Shown here: piece by piece, positions 48,264 to 57,888 of the stretch
Numbering within the stretch: the stretch's first letter is position 1
Layout: each line of letters starts with the position of its first letter
Assembly: GCA_963675595.2 (NCBI GenBank)
Contig: CAXXLZ010000002.1
Coordinates: forward strand, 96,001 to 160,000
DNA length: 64,000 nt
Origin: Thermodesulfobacteriota bacterium
GTDB lineage: Bacteria > Desulfobacterota > Desulfarculia > JACQYL01
Direction of reading: 5' to 3'
The notes under the pieces: model-generated
What the model was told of the DNA's origin: nothing
The model's input: only the letters and a program-made list of their open reading frames with translations
Database searches by the model: none
Position numbers and translations under genes: made by a program

Positions 48264-49016
48264 TCATTCCCGATCCAAAGGCGAAAACAGCGCACTCTCG
48301 CGCAGGCCCCACCGATGAAGGCGATACGCCGCGGACACCCTCAGGACCCCCAGGCCGTAATCCACCGACTTGGCCAATCCGATGGAGGAGGAATCCGGGG
48401 CATAGCGCGTGGGACAGGACACTTCTCCGATTCGGTAGCCGGCGTAAATCACCTGGGCGAGGATTTGATTATCGAACAGGAACCCGTTGTCGTTGTCTTC
48501 CAGGGGCAGGCGTTCCAGCACTTCCCGGGCGAATGCCCGGTAACCCGTGTGGTACTCCGACAATTTCTGGCCCACCAGCAGATTCTGGACAAACGTCAGC
48601 ACACGGTTGAAGTAGTACTTGTAGAGGGGCATGCCACCCTCAAGGGCCTGTTTTCCCAGTATGCGGGATCCGAGCACGCAATGGTACACGCCTTGGGCGA
48701 CCAGAGACGCCATGCTGGGGATCAGCGCCGGCGTATACTGATAATCCGGATGCACCATGATGATCACATCGACGCCCAAGCGCAGCGCCTCGCGGTAGCA
48801 GGTCTTCTGGTTCCCCCCATAACCGGTATTTCGCGTGTGCCGGATGGGCGTCATGCCCAGCGACCGCGCGACTTCAAAGGTACGGTCCGTGCTTTGATCG
48901 TCCACCAGCACGATCTCGTCCACAATGTCCCTGGGAATTTCCGAAAACGTTTTCGCTACCGTAGCCTGAGCGTTGTACGCCGGCATGATCACGGCGATTC
49001 GCTTACCGTGCATCAT
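48264..49016 (-). CDS. GT2 glycosyltransferase (polyprenol-phosphate glycosyltransferase-like)
   Basis: MPAYNA, VDDQSTD, GYGGNQK, HPDYQY. Confidence 0.9.
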   Translation of the reverse strand: MMHGKRIAVIMPAYNAQATVAKTFSEIPRDIVDEIVLVDDQSTDRTFEVARSLGMTPIRHTRNTGYGGNQKTCYREALRLGVDVIIMVHPDYQYTPALIPSMASLVAQGVYHCVLGSRILGKQALEGGMPLYKYYFNRVLTFVQNLLVGQKLSEYHTGYRAFAREVLERLPLEDNDNGFLFDNQILAQVIYAGYRIGEVSCPTRYAPDSSSIGLAKSVDYGLGVLRVSAAYRLHRWGLRESALFSPLDRE

Positions 49017-49352
49017 GAGATGTCTCTCTCCCTCTATTCGGCCTCCGACGAGTCGGCGGGGAAATACGTGAGTGCGCGATAATCAAGCACTCCCCACAGT
49101 TTCCGTCGCGACTGATCATGTGTTGCAGAAGCCCCGTGAGCCGGTTCTTTGTTCCACGTCGACGTTCGGTGTTACAGCAGCCGGCGCATCCGAGGCAAAC
49201 GGGTTTCTTGTCGGCGTCTTATCGCCGATTCCATTCAATCAATTGTGTCGGGAGGCATCGTGTTTGTTGGAGGCCGGAAAACACGTTCGGCACGGCCCCG
49301 TTCTCCGTCTCGATCACAGACGGAGACAACAGGGCCGACACCCTAAACTCGA

Positions 49353-49396
49353 AATGAGGTTGAGGGGAGCACGCACGGCTTCCCTCAACCTTTATT
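49353..49396. terminator. Long hairpin terminator after RRM gene
   Basis: AGGTTGAGGGGAGC / GCTTCCCTCAACCT with A/T-rich flanks. Confidence 0.7.
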
Positions 49397-49424
49397 GAAC
49401 GACGATTACTTCTTGATCGGGTGA

Positions 49425-49778
49425 TTAGTAGCGGGGTCGACCGCCACCGCCGCCGCCTCGTCCGCCTCCGCCGCCTCCGCCGCCTCTCGGACCGCGTCCG
49501 CCGCCACCCCCGCCGTGCCCGCCTCGCGGGGCGTCGGTACGGGGCCGCGCTTCGTTCACGTTGAGAGCCCTACCCTTGACATCCTTACCGTTCAGGCCTT
49601 CGATCGCGGACCGGGCTTCGGCGTCGGAGGGCATTTCCACGAATCCGAATCCTTTAGACTGGCCGGTGTATTTGTCCTTAATGATGGTGGCTGATTCGAC
49701 CTGTCCGAATGACTCGAATGCGTTCCGCAAATCTTCTTCGGTGGCTTGGTACGACAAATTCCCTACGTAAATGTTCAT
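49425..49778 (-). CDS. RRM RNA-binding protein with Gly-rich tail
   Basis: IYVGNL (RNP2), KGFGFVEM (RNP1), VNEARPR. Confidence 0.95.
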   Translation of the reverse strand: MNIYVGNLSYQATEEDLRNAFESFGQVESATIIKDKYTGQSKGFGFVEMPSDAEARSAIEGLNGKDVKGRALNVNEARPRTDAPRGGHGGGGGGRGPRGGGGGGGGRGGGGGGRPRY

Positions 49779-50151
49779 TCCGATGCCCTTTGTCCTTTTG
49801 TAATGAGTTCCGCCCTGCTACCTAACGGGTCGTCCACGCGGTCCCGATTTGGAACCGGCGGGATCCTTCTTTCCCTCGAGCCCCAAAAACGCACTGTTTC
49901 CTTCCCGAGGTTCCCGGCCCCGTTGACGCCGGGAACAGACCAAGCCGCCATCTCGAGGCGAACTTACACGATCCATAGAGGCGAGTATAAGGCTTTTGGT
50001 CACACTTGGCAATTTCTCAGAGCAAGAATTCCGTTATTTAAACGAAGAAAAGATTCTTCCCCGAACAAGCAACGGAGTCTCGAAAAATCGTGGTGAATGC
50101 CGATTCGCCCAAGCCGTGCGACACTGCGCCGCAGAGCGAACCGCTCTCTGT

Positions 50152-50517
50152 TCAGACTCGCCGGTCCCGATAGCGATCCATTTCGGCGGCCAGGGCCCTC
50201 GCCAAGTCCTCGAAACCCTGATCCTCGGCTGTTTTCACGGCTTCCTCCATCGTCGCTTTCCAGTCTTCCCCGTGGTAGCCGGAAGAGAGGGCATGTGCGG
50301 TTTCGTGGATCAACAACACCAGGAGCAACGTTCCCCGGACCCCTTCGAGAACGGCAATCGCGGCTTCTTCCCGGTTTCACGAAGCGGCGGCGCCGTACAT
50401 CCCTTCGAACCTCCGGTAGGTCCAATGATCGAGATCGGTTCGGTCCGGGAAGAATACGTCTCGAACGGTCCGGACGGCGGCCTCGAAAGCGTCCCATCCC
50501 GCCGATTCCTCCGGCAC
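50152..50517 (-). CDS. SprT-like HExxH zinc metalloprotein with in-frame TGA (candidate selenoprotein, or pseudogene)
   Basis: ...GMYGAAAS-[TGA 50379-50377]-NREEAAIAV...LLIHETAHALSSGYHGEDWKATM...RRV-stop 50152; start GTG 50517 or ATG 50607. Confidence 0.7.
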
Positions 50518-50603
50518 GGGGGAGTTCCCTCGGGACGACGCCGAACAAATGCTCGGTTTCGGAGTATCATCAACCCGTCCGGTTCGCCAATCCTTTGCCG
50601 CCT

Positions 50604-51116
50604 TCATTTCAACTCCCTGACCTCCAGAGGGGTTCCGTCATGAGGATCAAAGTTGTAGTCCGGGGGATAGGTGCGGCCGGTTCGGGGATTCACCTTGATG
50701 GTCCCGCCCTCGTGATCCAGGACCACCTGTTCGACTTCTCTCGCAAGGTGTTCCCCGATTTCGGTCTCGCCGGATATCTCGTCGTAATATACATAGTTGA
50801 TTCGCGCCGAATAGGAATCATAGGCATCGAAAAGAGATACGATGTATCCCTCCACTTTGAGGACGGCACCGTCCACCTTCTCCACCGTCAGCTTCTGGAA
50901 CCCCGCCGCGGCAACCTTTTTGACGACTTTCATGGGAATTTGGACGTCTTTTCCACGATAACTGCATCGTAGAACCGGTTGCAGGTTAATGAATTCCCGA
51001 ACCACGATTTTGATTCCATCGTCGGTGATGAAATAACCTCCCATGGCGCCGTAGGCCTGTGTGGCCAAGCTCAGGAAACAAACAAAGAAAAAGGATCGTT
51101 TCATCAGTCCATTCAT
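50604..51116 (-). CDS. Exported hypothetical protein
   Basis: Signal peptide; C-terminal NPRTGRTYPPDYNFDPHDGTPL resembles a Cys-less zinc ribbon. Confidence 0.7.
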   Translation of the reverse strand: MNGLMKRSFFFVCFLSLATQAYGAMGGYFITDDGIKIVVREFINLQPVLRCSYRGKDVQIPMKVVKKVAAAGFQKLTVEKVDGAVLKVEGYIVSLFDAYDSYSARINYVYYDEISGETEIGEHLAREVEQVVLDHEGGTIKVNPRTGRTYPPDYNFDPHDGTPLEVRELK

Positions 51117-51308
51117 GATCGGGCTCCAGTCTCTCGGCCGTCCGGGGGTTCAAATACCGCAACACGCCAACCCCGGCCACGCCCTCTTTCACATAGATCG
51201 TTCCTTCCGGGCTGCTCCGCTCAAATCTTCAATCCGGTGATCCACGTAAACTCTTCTCGACGGCGTTTCGTCATTAAATAGAAAAAGCCCCCAAAAGGAG
51301 GTTGCGCC

Positions 51309-51503
51309 ATGATTCGAAAACCCATACGTCTGATCTTGTCTTCCGTTCTGCTGCTTTCCCTGACGGCGGTGTCTTCATGCGCGGTATACATACCGCCGCC
51401 GCATCACGGGGCCGGAATACACGGGGCGCCCCCCGGACCCGTCCGGGTGCCCGGCCGCATCCATCATCGGGGACATTATATCCCCGGACACTGGAGATGG
51501 TAA
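51309..51503 (+). CDS. Small His/Pro/Gly-rich lipoprotein
   Basis: RBS AGGAGG, lipobox-like VSSC, YIPGHWRW. Confidence 0.65.
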   Translation: MIRKPIRLILSSVLLLSLTAVSSCAVYIPPPHHGAGIHGAPPGPVRVPGRIHHRGHYIPGHWRW

Positions 51504-51857
51504 CACGTATTCGTTGGACGGGGAACGACATGAATGGTGTCCTCCTCGCGTCCAACTCTGCGGGGCATGCCAAATCTGCAAGGGGTGCCGCTTACGCCGG
51601 TTTGACAACAAAGATGGCAGCTCAAGCGGGATGAAAAGTGTCCGAGAATCAGACGGCTTAGAGACAGGATACCATACCGCGGCGCGGTTGGTTGGATGAA
51701 GGGGGGCGGATGCGGTGTCTTGTTTCTGCGGAACGTGTACGCACCCATTCGTGGTTCGGAGGGAGCGGCGTCCCGGTGAACGGAAACCCACTCTTACCGT
51801 CGGCGGGTTCCGGCGTCTCCTTGTCGAAAAACCGGTGGATTTCGCACGGACTCCGTT

Positions 51858-52679
51858 TCAGGCGAGCAAATCCACCAACGATCCCGTGGACCTGCCTCCG
51901 GCTCCGACGACGCCTCTTTGCGCAACAAGACTCTTACCATACAAGGTTGATCGGTCGGCGGCGGAGGTCCCGCCGCCCGCACGGACGTCCTGCGTTTCCC
52001 CCGTGCCTTGTTGCATGAGCTCCTTTCGAGCTTTGACTTCCTTACGGCTCGCTTTGGCGGCCACCGCACGGTCTTGTGAGGACGGATCCGCGGGAGCCAG
52101 CGCCGCCCTCCGCACTTGTTGCATCTTCGCGATGGTGGCTTCGGGATCGTCCTTCACCTCCGAAGCATCGATACCCACCTCTCCGGCCACCGCGTACATC
52201 TTTCCGTCCGGCCCCCGTTCGAGTTCGAAGTGAGCGCCGGAAGTGACGTATTGTCCGCCCGCCGCTATGTGAGCCTGCTCGTGTGCTCGAACCTTACGGT
52301 CGTCTGCAGCCAGTTCCTTTACTTCCGCCCGCTCCTCCTCCGAAAGCTCGTCCTTCGCGAGCCCTCGAGCGTTTTCACCGGCCTCTTCAACGTCCTCTCC
52401 GTGTTTGCCGTCCGGTGAAGCGTCTTCAGCATTCGATTCCCTGGAACCGGACCCGGAGGACCGCGGACGTTCACCCTCGGCCGACGCTTCCTGCGAGAGC
52501 GTCACCCGATCCTCCGCCACCTCCGTTTCGGCGGGCGCCTTCGCGGGAGAGCTCTCACCCGAATTCTTCAAACGGGCATCAATGGAACGTTCATCGGAAC
52601 CACGGTTGCGAACTTCGGCCGTATCGGGCAACTTTTCCGAGCTGACCAGACTTTGAAGTTGGACGGATTCCATCATCAC
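51858..52679 (-). CDS. SprA/SrpA-related putative metalloprotease
   Basis: [44 protein letters not shown]. Confidence 0.9.
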   Translation of the reverse strand: MMMESVQLQSLVSSEKLPDTAEVRNRGSDERSIDARLKNSGESSPAKAPAETEVAEDRVTLSQEASAEGERPRSSGSGSRESNAEDASPDGKHGEDVEEAGENARGLAKDELSEEERAEVKELAADDRKVRAHEQAHIAAGGQYVTSGAHFELERGPDGKMYAVAGEVGIDASEVKDDPEATIAKMQQVRRAALAPADPSSQDRAVAAKASRKEVKARKELMQQGTGETQDVRAGGGTSAADRSTLYGKSLVAQRGVVGAGGRSTGSLVDLLA

Positions 52680-52721
52680 GAGTTCACCATGTGGATGAAA
52701 GAGAAAAAAATGCTGATATCT

Positions 52722-52748
52722 TTATCGGATGATCCGGGTGAATCTTGA
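52722..52748 (-). promoter_or_regulatory. sigma28 (FliA) promoter for SprA-related gene
   Basis: Minus strand TCAA-N15-TCCGATAA, nearly identical to the fliD promoter. Confidence 0.72.
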
Positions 52749-52936
52749 GCTCTGATTCGTCCGGAATTCGGATTTCTCCCGCCGGCGACTCGGGGCCGCA
52801 CCCCTGAACGATTTTCATTCCATGTCCGTGAATGAGCAGCCGATGCACAGCATTTGGATCCGTCCCGGCAGAGATGATAGAATGAATCGGTAAGTTGTCG
52901 GAAACCGAAGACTTCAGCCCACAGGGAGGGCCGTTT

Positions 52937-53458
52937 ATGGAACTCAAAGGAAAAAAAGCCGTGATCCTGGCCGAAGAGCTCTACAACGAATTCGAGCTGT
53001 GGTACCCCTATTACCGGCTCATGGAAGCCGGTTGTCAGGTTACTTTGGTGGGATCGGGGAGCTCATCCACTTACAAAAGCAAGGTCGGATTGCCGGTGAC
53101 CGTGAGCAAGAGCGCGGACCAGGTGTCCGTCGCAGACTTCGACGCCCTGATTATTCCCGGAGGATACGCACCGGATCACATGAGACGACATTCGTCCATG
53201 GTCCAACTGGTCAAAGACTTCGTGGATGGGGGAAAGGTAGTGGCCGCCATCTGCCACGCGGGCTGGATGCTGGCTTCGGCGGAGGTACTCCGGGGAAAGA
53301 CGGTGACCTGCTTTTTCGCCATCAAAGACGATGTGGTTCACGCCGGGGCCAAGTATGTGGACCAGGAGGTGGTCGTGGATGGAAAGCTGGTGACCTCGAG
53401 GAAACCGGACGATCTGCCCGCTTTCATGAGGGAGGTCATCGGCCTGCTTAAGAGCTGA
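52937..53458 (+). CDS. PfpI/DJ-1 family protease/deglycase
   Basis: IPGGYAPD, AICHAG, TSRKPDDL; ATG 52937 after GGGAGG. Confidence 0.92.
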   Translation: MELKGKKAVILAEELYNEFELWYPYYRLMEAGCQVTLVGSGSSSTYKSKVGLPVTVSKSADQVSVADFDALIIPGGYAPDHMRRHSSMVQLVKDFVDGGKVVAAICHAGWMLASAEVLRGKTVTCFFAIKDDVVHAGAKYVDQEVVVDGKLVTSRKPDDLPAFMREVIGLLKS

Positions 53459-53548
53459 CGCCGCGGCAAAGTCGGGAATTTTCCGGGAAAGGGTTTTTCT
53501 CGACCTTTCCCGCTTCGATGAAGAGCGGGAGTTCGGAGATTCGGCGAA

Positions 53549-54745
53549 TCAGAACACCCGGCAGATGACGCCTTTCAGGTAATTCGACTCGGGAAAAGAC
53601 AGCAAAACGGGGTGGTCCGGTGCATTGGAGAGCCGTTCGATGATCTGGACGGGTCGTCCGGCATCCGTGGCCGCCGCGGCGAGGATGTCCTCGAAGAATC
53701 CCGAGGACACGGCTCCCGAACAGGAAAACGTGGCCAGAACCCCCCCGGGGTTCAACAGCTTGAGAGACAAAAGATTGATGTCTTTGTACCCGCGGGCCGC
53801 ACGCTCCAGTGCGGAACGGGTGTGAGCGAATTTCGGAGGATCCAGCAGGATCAGATCGAACTTCCTCCCCCGGTCCCGTAGTTCGCGCAAGACCTCAAAA
53901 GCGTCGCCCAATACGGAATCCCGGTCGAGGTGCTCCAAACCGTTCAGTTTGAGGTTCTCCAGTCCCAGTACGTGAGCGTCCTCCGAGACCTCCACTCTCA
54001 TAACGGACTCGGCGCCTCCTCCCCCCGAGTAGACAGAAAAGGCCCCCGTGTGGGCAAAGCAGTCCAGCACGGACCTGCCGGCGGCATACCGCGCCACGGC
54101 CCGCCGATTCACTCGCTGGTCGAGAAAGAAACCGGTCTTCTGGCCGCCTTTGAGGTTGACCAAAAACCGGAAGCCGCCCTCCTTGATTTCAACCAGCAGG
54201 GGAGGCTCCGTCCCGTACAAGATTCCCGACGAAGTCTGAAGTCCTTCGAGTTTGAGTGCCCTGGCTTCGCTTCTTTCAAAGATCCCTTTGGGCCGAAGTG
54301 ATGCGACGAGGTGGTCGACCAGGACGGGTTTGATCTTTTGGGCGCCCGCAGTGAGGGCCTGGATCACCAAGTATTCTCCGTACCGATCCACGATCAACCC
54401 CGGCAACAGGTCGGCCTCGGCGTTGACGAGCCGGAAGGCGGAAGTTTCCCGGTCCAGATCCAATGAAGTCCTTCGGGCCACGGCCTCATCAAGCCGCTTT
54501 CCCCACCAGGAGTCATCCACCCGCTCTCCTTCGTCCCACGTCAGCAGTCGCACCTGAATCTGGGAATGAGCGTTGAAATAGCCCCTGGCGACGAATCCGC
54601 CTTTGGAATCCAGAACCACGGCGATCGCACCGGGTTCGGGAGCCCCGTTCACCCGCGCGATGGCCCCGGAGAATATCCAGGGGTGAAATCGCTTGGCCGA
54701 CTTGTCTCGACCCGGTTTAAGCCTGACTGTGATTTCTTTGGTCAT
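53549..54745 (-). CDS. rlmI: 23S rRNA m5C1962 methyltransferase RlmI-like
   Basis: HPWIFSGAI PUA domain, GQKTGFFLDQR, LDPPKF, FSCS. Confidence 0.9.
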   Translation of the reverse strand: MTKEITVRLKPGRDKSAKRFHPWIFSGAIARVNGAPEPGAIAVVLDSKGGFVARGYFNAHSQIQVRLLTWDEGERVDDSWWGKRLDEAVARRTSLDLDRETSAFRLVNAEADLLPGLIVDRYGEYLVIQALTAGAQKIKPVLVDHLVASLRPKGIFERSEARALKLEGLQTSSGILYGTEPPLLVEIKEGGFRFLVNLKGGQKTGFFLDQRVNRRAVARYAAGRSVLDCFAHTGAFSVYSGGGGAESVMRVEVSEDAHVLGLENLKLNGLEHLDRDSVLGDAFEVLRELRDRGRKFDLILLDPPKFAHTRSALERAARGYKDINLLSLKLLNPGGVLATFSCSGAVSSGFFEDILAAAATDAGRPVQIIERLSNAPDHPVLLSFPESNYLKGVICRVF

Positions 54746-55036
54746 TACGGATGAATGGGGGGACACGGAGGAGCAATGAAACAAACGAAGGTTTCAGAAG
54801 GCGAACCTCTCCGTCCGTTTCGCCCGCCCCTGCCTCGCCGGCAAAGTGGTGAGTGAAAGATACGCCGATGGGCGGTCAAGTTGTTTCTGGAATCGGGTGC
54901 CGGGGACTCGACCGTGCGCCCCGCGTCGTCGATCCCGTTAATGGGCGATGTCGGATGGGGTGGGTTTGATCCCGGCAAAGGGCCGGGGCTCAAGTGCTTT
55001 TGTCTCTCTCGGAGAGTCCTTGAGCTCGCCCGGACT

Positions 55037-55150
55037 TTAGGCTCTTTTCCCTTTGCCGGCCGCCTCGACTTTCCTCTTCCTCCGCCTGGAGTTGCCATGG
55101 GAGCCTCTCCAGATTTTTCCGCGCCTAGTTTTTCGATCGCCTTTTCCCAT
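55037..55150 (-). CDS. thx: 30S ribosomal protein bTHX (Thx)
   Basis: MGKGDRKTRRGKIWRGSHG signature; RBS GGAGG; 37 aa. Confidence 0.9.
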   Translation of the reverse strand: MGKGDRKTRRGKIWRGSHGNSRRRKRKVEAAGKGKRA

Positions 55151-55324
55151 ATTGCCTCCGCTGGAATAGAGCCGATAAGCATGTTGCCGTGGGCCCGAAC
55201 TTATTGATTGATGAACCAGATCAACGCTTTTAGCTCCGCCCTCCTCCATTGTCAAACATTATCACTCGACGACCCGCCCACAGAGATTCAAACTCCCCGG
55301 CTCCGGACGACGAACGTTCTCGAC

Positions 55325-55816
55325 TTATTCATCAGCCCTCATGGGTACGCCGGAACACATGAAGCTGATCCCTTGCTGACTCATGGTTCCCACCATGATG
55401 CTCTGAATCACCGGAGCGGTGACTTCCGCCTTCGAGGACCACTTCACAACAACCGCCGGGTTGGTGCCCGCCTGCTCCTTCTTGGTTGTTCCGGGGACCT
55501 CCACCAGAAGCTGCGCCCCGGCCAACGGCCCGAGTTCCATCGGTTTTTGAAGAAGCTCCGCCACGGCTTTTCCCTCCCCGTTGTGCACTTTCGCCGAATG
55601 AACCACGATGGAATGACGTGGATCCGTATTCCGAACGCTCACGGTAGCGGTCAGTTCGGCCCCGTACCCCCTTCTGGAAGAAAAGATCTGGAAATACACC
55701 GGAACGTAAACCCGGCTTCCCTTGAGCAGCGATTGGGCAACCGCGTCCCATGCCGGGCACAGAAGCAATACGATTCCGAACCAAAGCACGATTTTCATTT
55801 TTGACGATGGGTTCAT
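55325..55816 (-). CDS. DUF3124-like exported protein
   Basis: VYVPVY..I, LTATVSVRNTD, PVIQSIMVG...GISF. Confidence 0.8.
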   Translation of the reverse strand: MNPSSKMKIVLWFGIVLLLCPAWDAVAQSLLKGSRVYVPVYFQIFSSRRGYGAELTATVSVRNTDPRHSIVVHSAKVHNGEGKAVAELLQKPMELGPLAGAQLLVEVPGTTKKEQAGTNPAVVVKWSSKAEVTAPVIQSIMVGTMSQQGISFMCSGVPMRADE

Positions 55817-55819
55817 GAT

Positions 55820-57019
55820 TCACTTTCCTTCCATGCGGGCCTCAACCCTGCTCGTGCTCTCCCGAGCAGGCCTTGAGCTCGCGGGTCCGTTTTCACCGGG
55901 CTCGGAGCTTGCCGGAACCCTGCCCGACAGCCCTTTCAGGTTCTTCCATTCTTCAAGCAACGCCTTGACCGACAGCCAAGCACTTCCGCCGGTCACGGCA
56001 CGCAGCGCACCCGTCACGTCGCCCCGCCCAAAACAGGCCGCCGAATCCCCGAGAGATACCACGAAGTTCAGCAGCACACTGGAATCTCTATAACAGTCGC
56101 TCATGCACAAGGTGCATCCGTCACGAACAAATGGTGTTTCCGGGAACTCTCCCACGGAGCACATCTTGGAAGGCCACATGTCGCACCGCCACACATCCAT
56201 ATTCCAATCCAGATAAAAATACTTGTACCCGCCAAAGCAAGGGAAGCGTTGCTCGCGCCCTTGGAGAAATCGGATCATGTCACGGATGGATTCGGAAGGA
56301 TTCAGCACCGGAAACCGGGATTTGAGGTCCAGCACGGACTGGAAAAAGCCGATCAACTCTTCCCGGTCAAAATCCAACAGCGGGGAGGACTCGGAAAAAA
56401 CCATGGAAGACGATCCGGTGGACTTTTTGGGATACGAGAAAGTGACGGTTCCAAATCCCAGATTCTTCAGAAAACCGGCCAGGACATTCGGATCGGCGAC
56501 CAATTTGCTCATGGTGACGGACGCCACGGTCTCAACGCCCAGAGACGAGGCCCATCGGTTCGCCTCCCGGATTTTCGCGCACACGCCCGGCAACCCACGA
56601 TTGGACTCATGAGCTTCCACCGAAGGCGCATCGATGGAAATAATCAGCGTCCTCAAGCCCCGTTCCCAAAGTCCGGCAACGGAGTCCCACGTCAGCCGCG
56701 ACCCGTTGGTGCATACGGAAGGACGCATCCCTTTCTTCACCGCGTATTGCACCAAATCGGGAAGCCCCGGATGAAGAAACGGCTCCCCGCCCGAAAATGT
56801 AAGATAACGGACTCCCCGATCATAAAAGGCGTCGAGCGCCTCACACGTTTCGGAAACACCGATGAACACGCCGGCACCCGTCCGCTGTTTGTCACGAGCA
56901 TAGCCGCAGAAATCGCAGCGGGCGTTGCACACATTGGTTACGGCCACGTTGCAAATCGCCGGACCTCCTTGAACCAACGTCTCCTTAATCCGATGCCAGC
57001 GATTCATCAGTCCGCTCAT
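55820..57019 (-). CDS. Radical SAM protein with C-terminal SPASM/twitch-like cysteines
   Basis: CNARCDFC, SGGEPF, CFGG...C...CTLCMSDC; ATGA overlap at 57016-57019. Confidence 0.88.
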   Translation of the reverse strand: MSGLMNRWHRIKETLVQGGPAICNVAVTNVCNARCDFCGYARDKQRTGAGVFIGVSETCEALDAFYDRGVRYLTFSGGEPFLHPGLPDLVQYAVKKGMRPSVCTNGSRLTWDSVAGLWERGLRTLIISIDAPSVEAHESNRGLPGVCAKIREANRWASSLGVETVASVTMSKLVADPNVLAGFLKNLGFGTVTFSYPKKSTGSSSMVFSESSPLLDFDREELIGFFQSVLDLKSRFPVLNPSESIRDMIRFLQGREQRFPCFGGYKYFYLDWNMDVWRCDMWPSKMCSVGEFPETPFVRDGCTLCMSDCYRDSSVLLNFVVSLGDSAACFGRGDVTGALRAVTGGSAWLSVKALLEEWKNLKGLSGRVPASSEPGENGPASSRPARESTSRVEARMEGK

Positions 57020-57888
57020 GGAAGTCCAACCCGCCCCTCTCCGTCCGTTCGAGCGTGACGTTGGATGAAGTCGACGCAAGCCCGAGACACTTCCACCGGG
57101 GACCCGTGATCGATCAGCGATATGCCCGGTACCCACTGAAAGCGCTGGTAGAAGAGCTTCCCCGGGTGCGGAGCGATGGAATAGTCGTAGGATGCCAACG
57201 GCCGGAAAACCTCTTTTTCAATTCGCACGTACTTCAGGTTAATCCTTTCCGAAAGGTAAAGAGACAAAGCGGCCCGCTTTGCGTGCCGTTCGGACGAGTC
57301 CAGCACCAAGGTTTGCTCGTTTCCTCGGGGGAACGGAAATTCCTGGCCGTGCACGCTGCCGCCCACATAATTGTACTCACTGAATTCCCACACGTCCGCC
57401 TTCTCACGGATAGTGGACGCAAGGGCGTTGACTGCGTCGTGATCCCGATGTCCGCCTTCATAGGCGGGAGTCCACACCTGATCGATACCCCATTGGTCCA
57501 TAGCCTGCAAAATTTCCTCTCGACAGTCTTCCAGATGAGACTTGAGAGTGCGACTGGGGCGCTCCTGGAAAAAGACCGGGTGAACGTTGAGAAACTCCGC
57601 CGCCCGAAGGGCCTCGCTTCTTCGTCGTTGGACTCTCCGCTCGTAGCGACGGTGCCCACGGAGTCGGAAGGCGTCCGGGCCGCGCACTCCGGTCGTGAGA
57701 AACGCCCCATGGATTTCGGCTCCCCGGTTTCCGGCCCGACGAATCGCCGCGGCACATCCCACCACTTCATCGTCGGGGTGAGGAATCAAAATGAGTATGC
57801 GCTTGCCGTACAGCACGTTCCTTGGCCTTATCGTGAATTCGCAGGTATCAAGCCCACCAGCCCCCGGAGGGAACCCAGCCGGCCGCAC
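57016..57888 (-). CDS. PIG-L family deacetylase
   Basis: PHPDDE, GGHRDHD; start uncertain. Confidence 0.88.
   Translation of the reverse strand: MRPAGFPPGAGGLDTCEFTIRPRNVLYGKRILILIPHPDDEVVGCAAAIRRAGNRGAEIHGAFLTTGVRGPDAFRLRGHRRYERRVQRRRSEALRAAEFLNVHPVFFQERPSRTLKSHLEDCREEILQAMDQWGIDQVWTPAYEGGHRDHDAVNALASTIREKADVWEFSEYNYVGGSVHGQEFPFPRGNEQTLVLDSSERHAKRAALSLYLSERINLKYVRIEKEVFRPLASYDYSIAPHPGKLFYQRFQWVPGISLIDHGSPVEVSRACVDFIQRHARTDGEGRVGLP

Noticed and set aside
45936-49016. Integrative island at tRNA-Cys
   Set aside because: A hairpin follows the tRNA, but I saw no integrase and no duplicated tRNA 3' end
49436-49535. GCC/CCG tandem repeats
   Set aside because: Explained by the poly-Gly tail of the RRM protein
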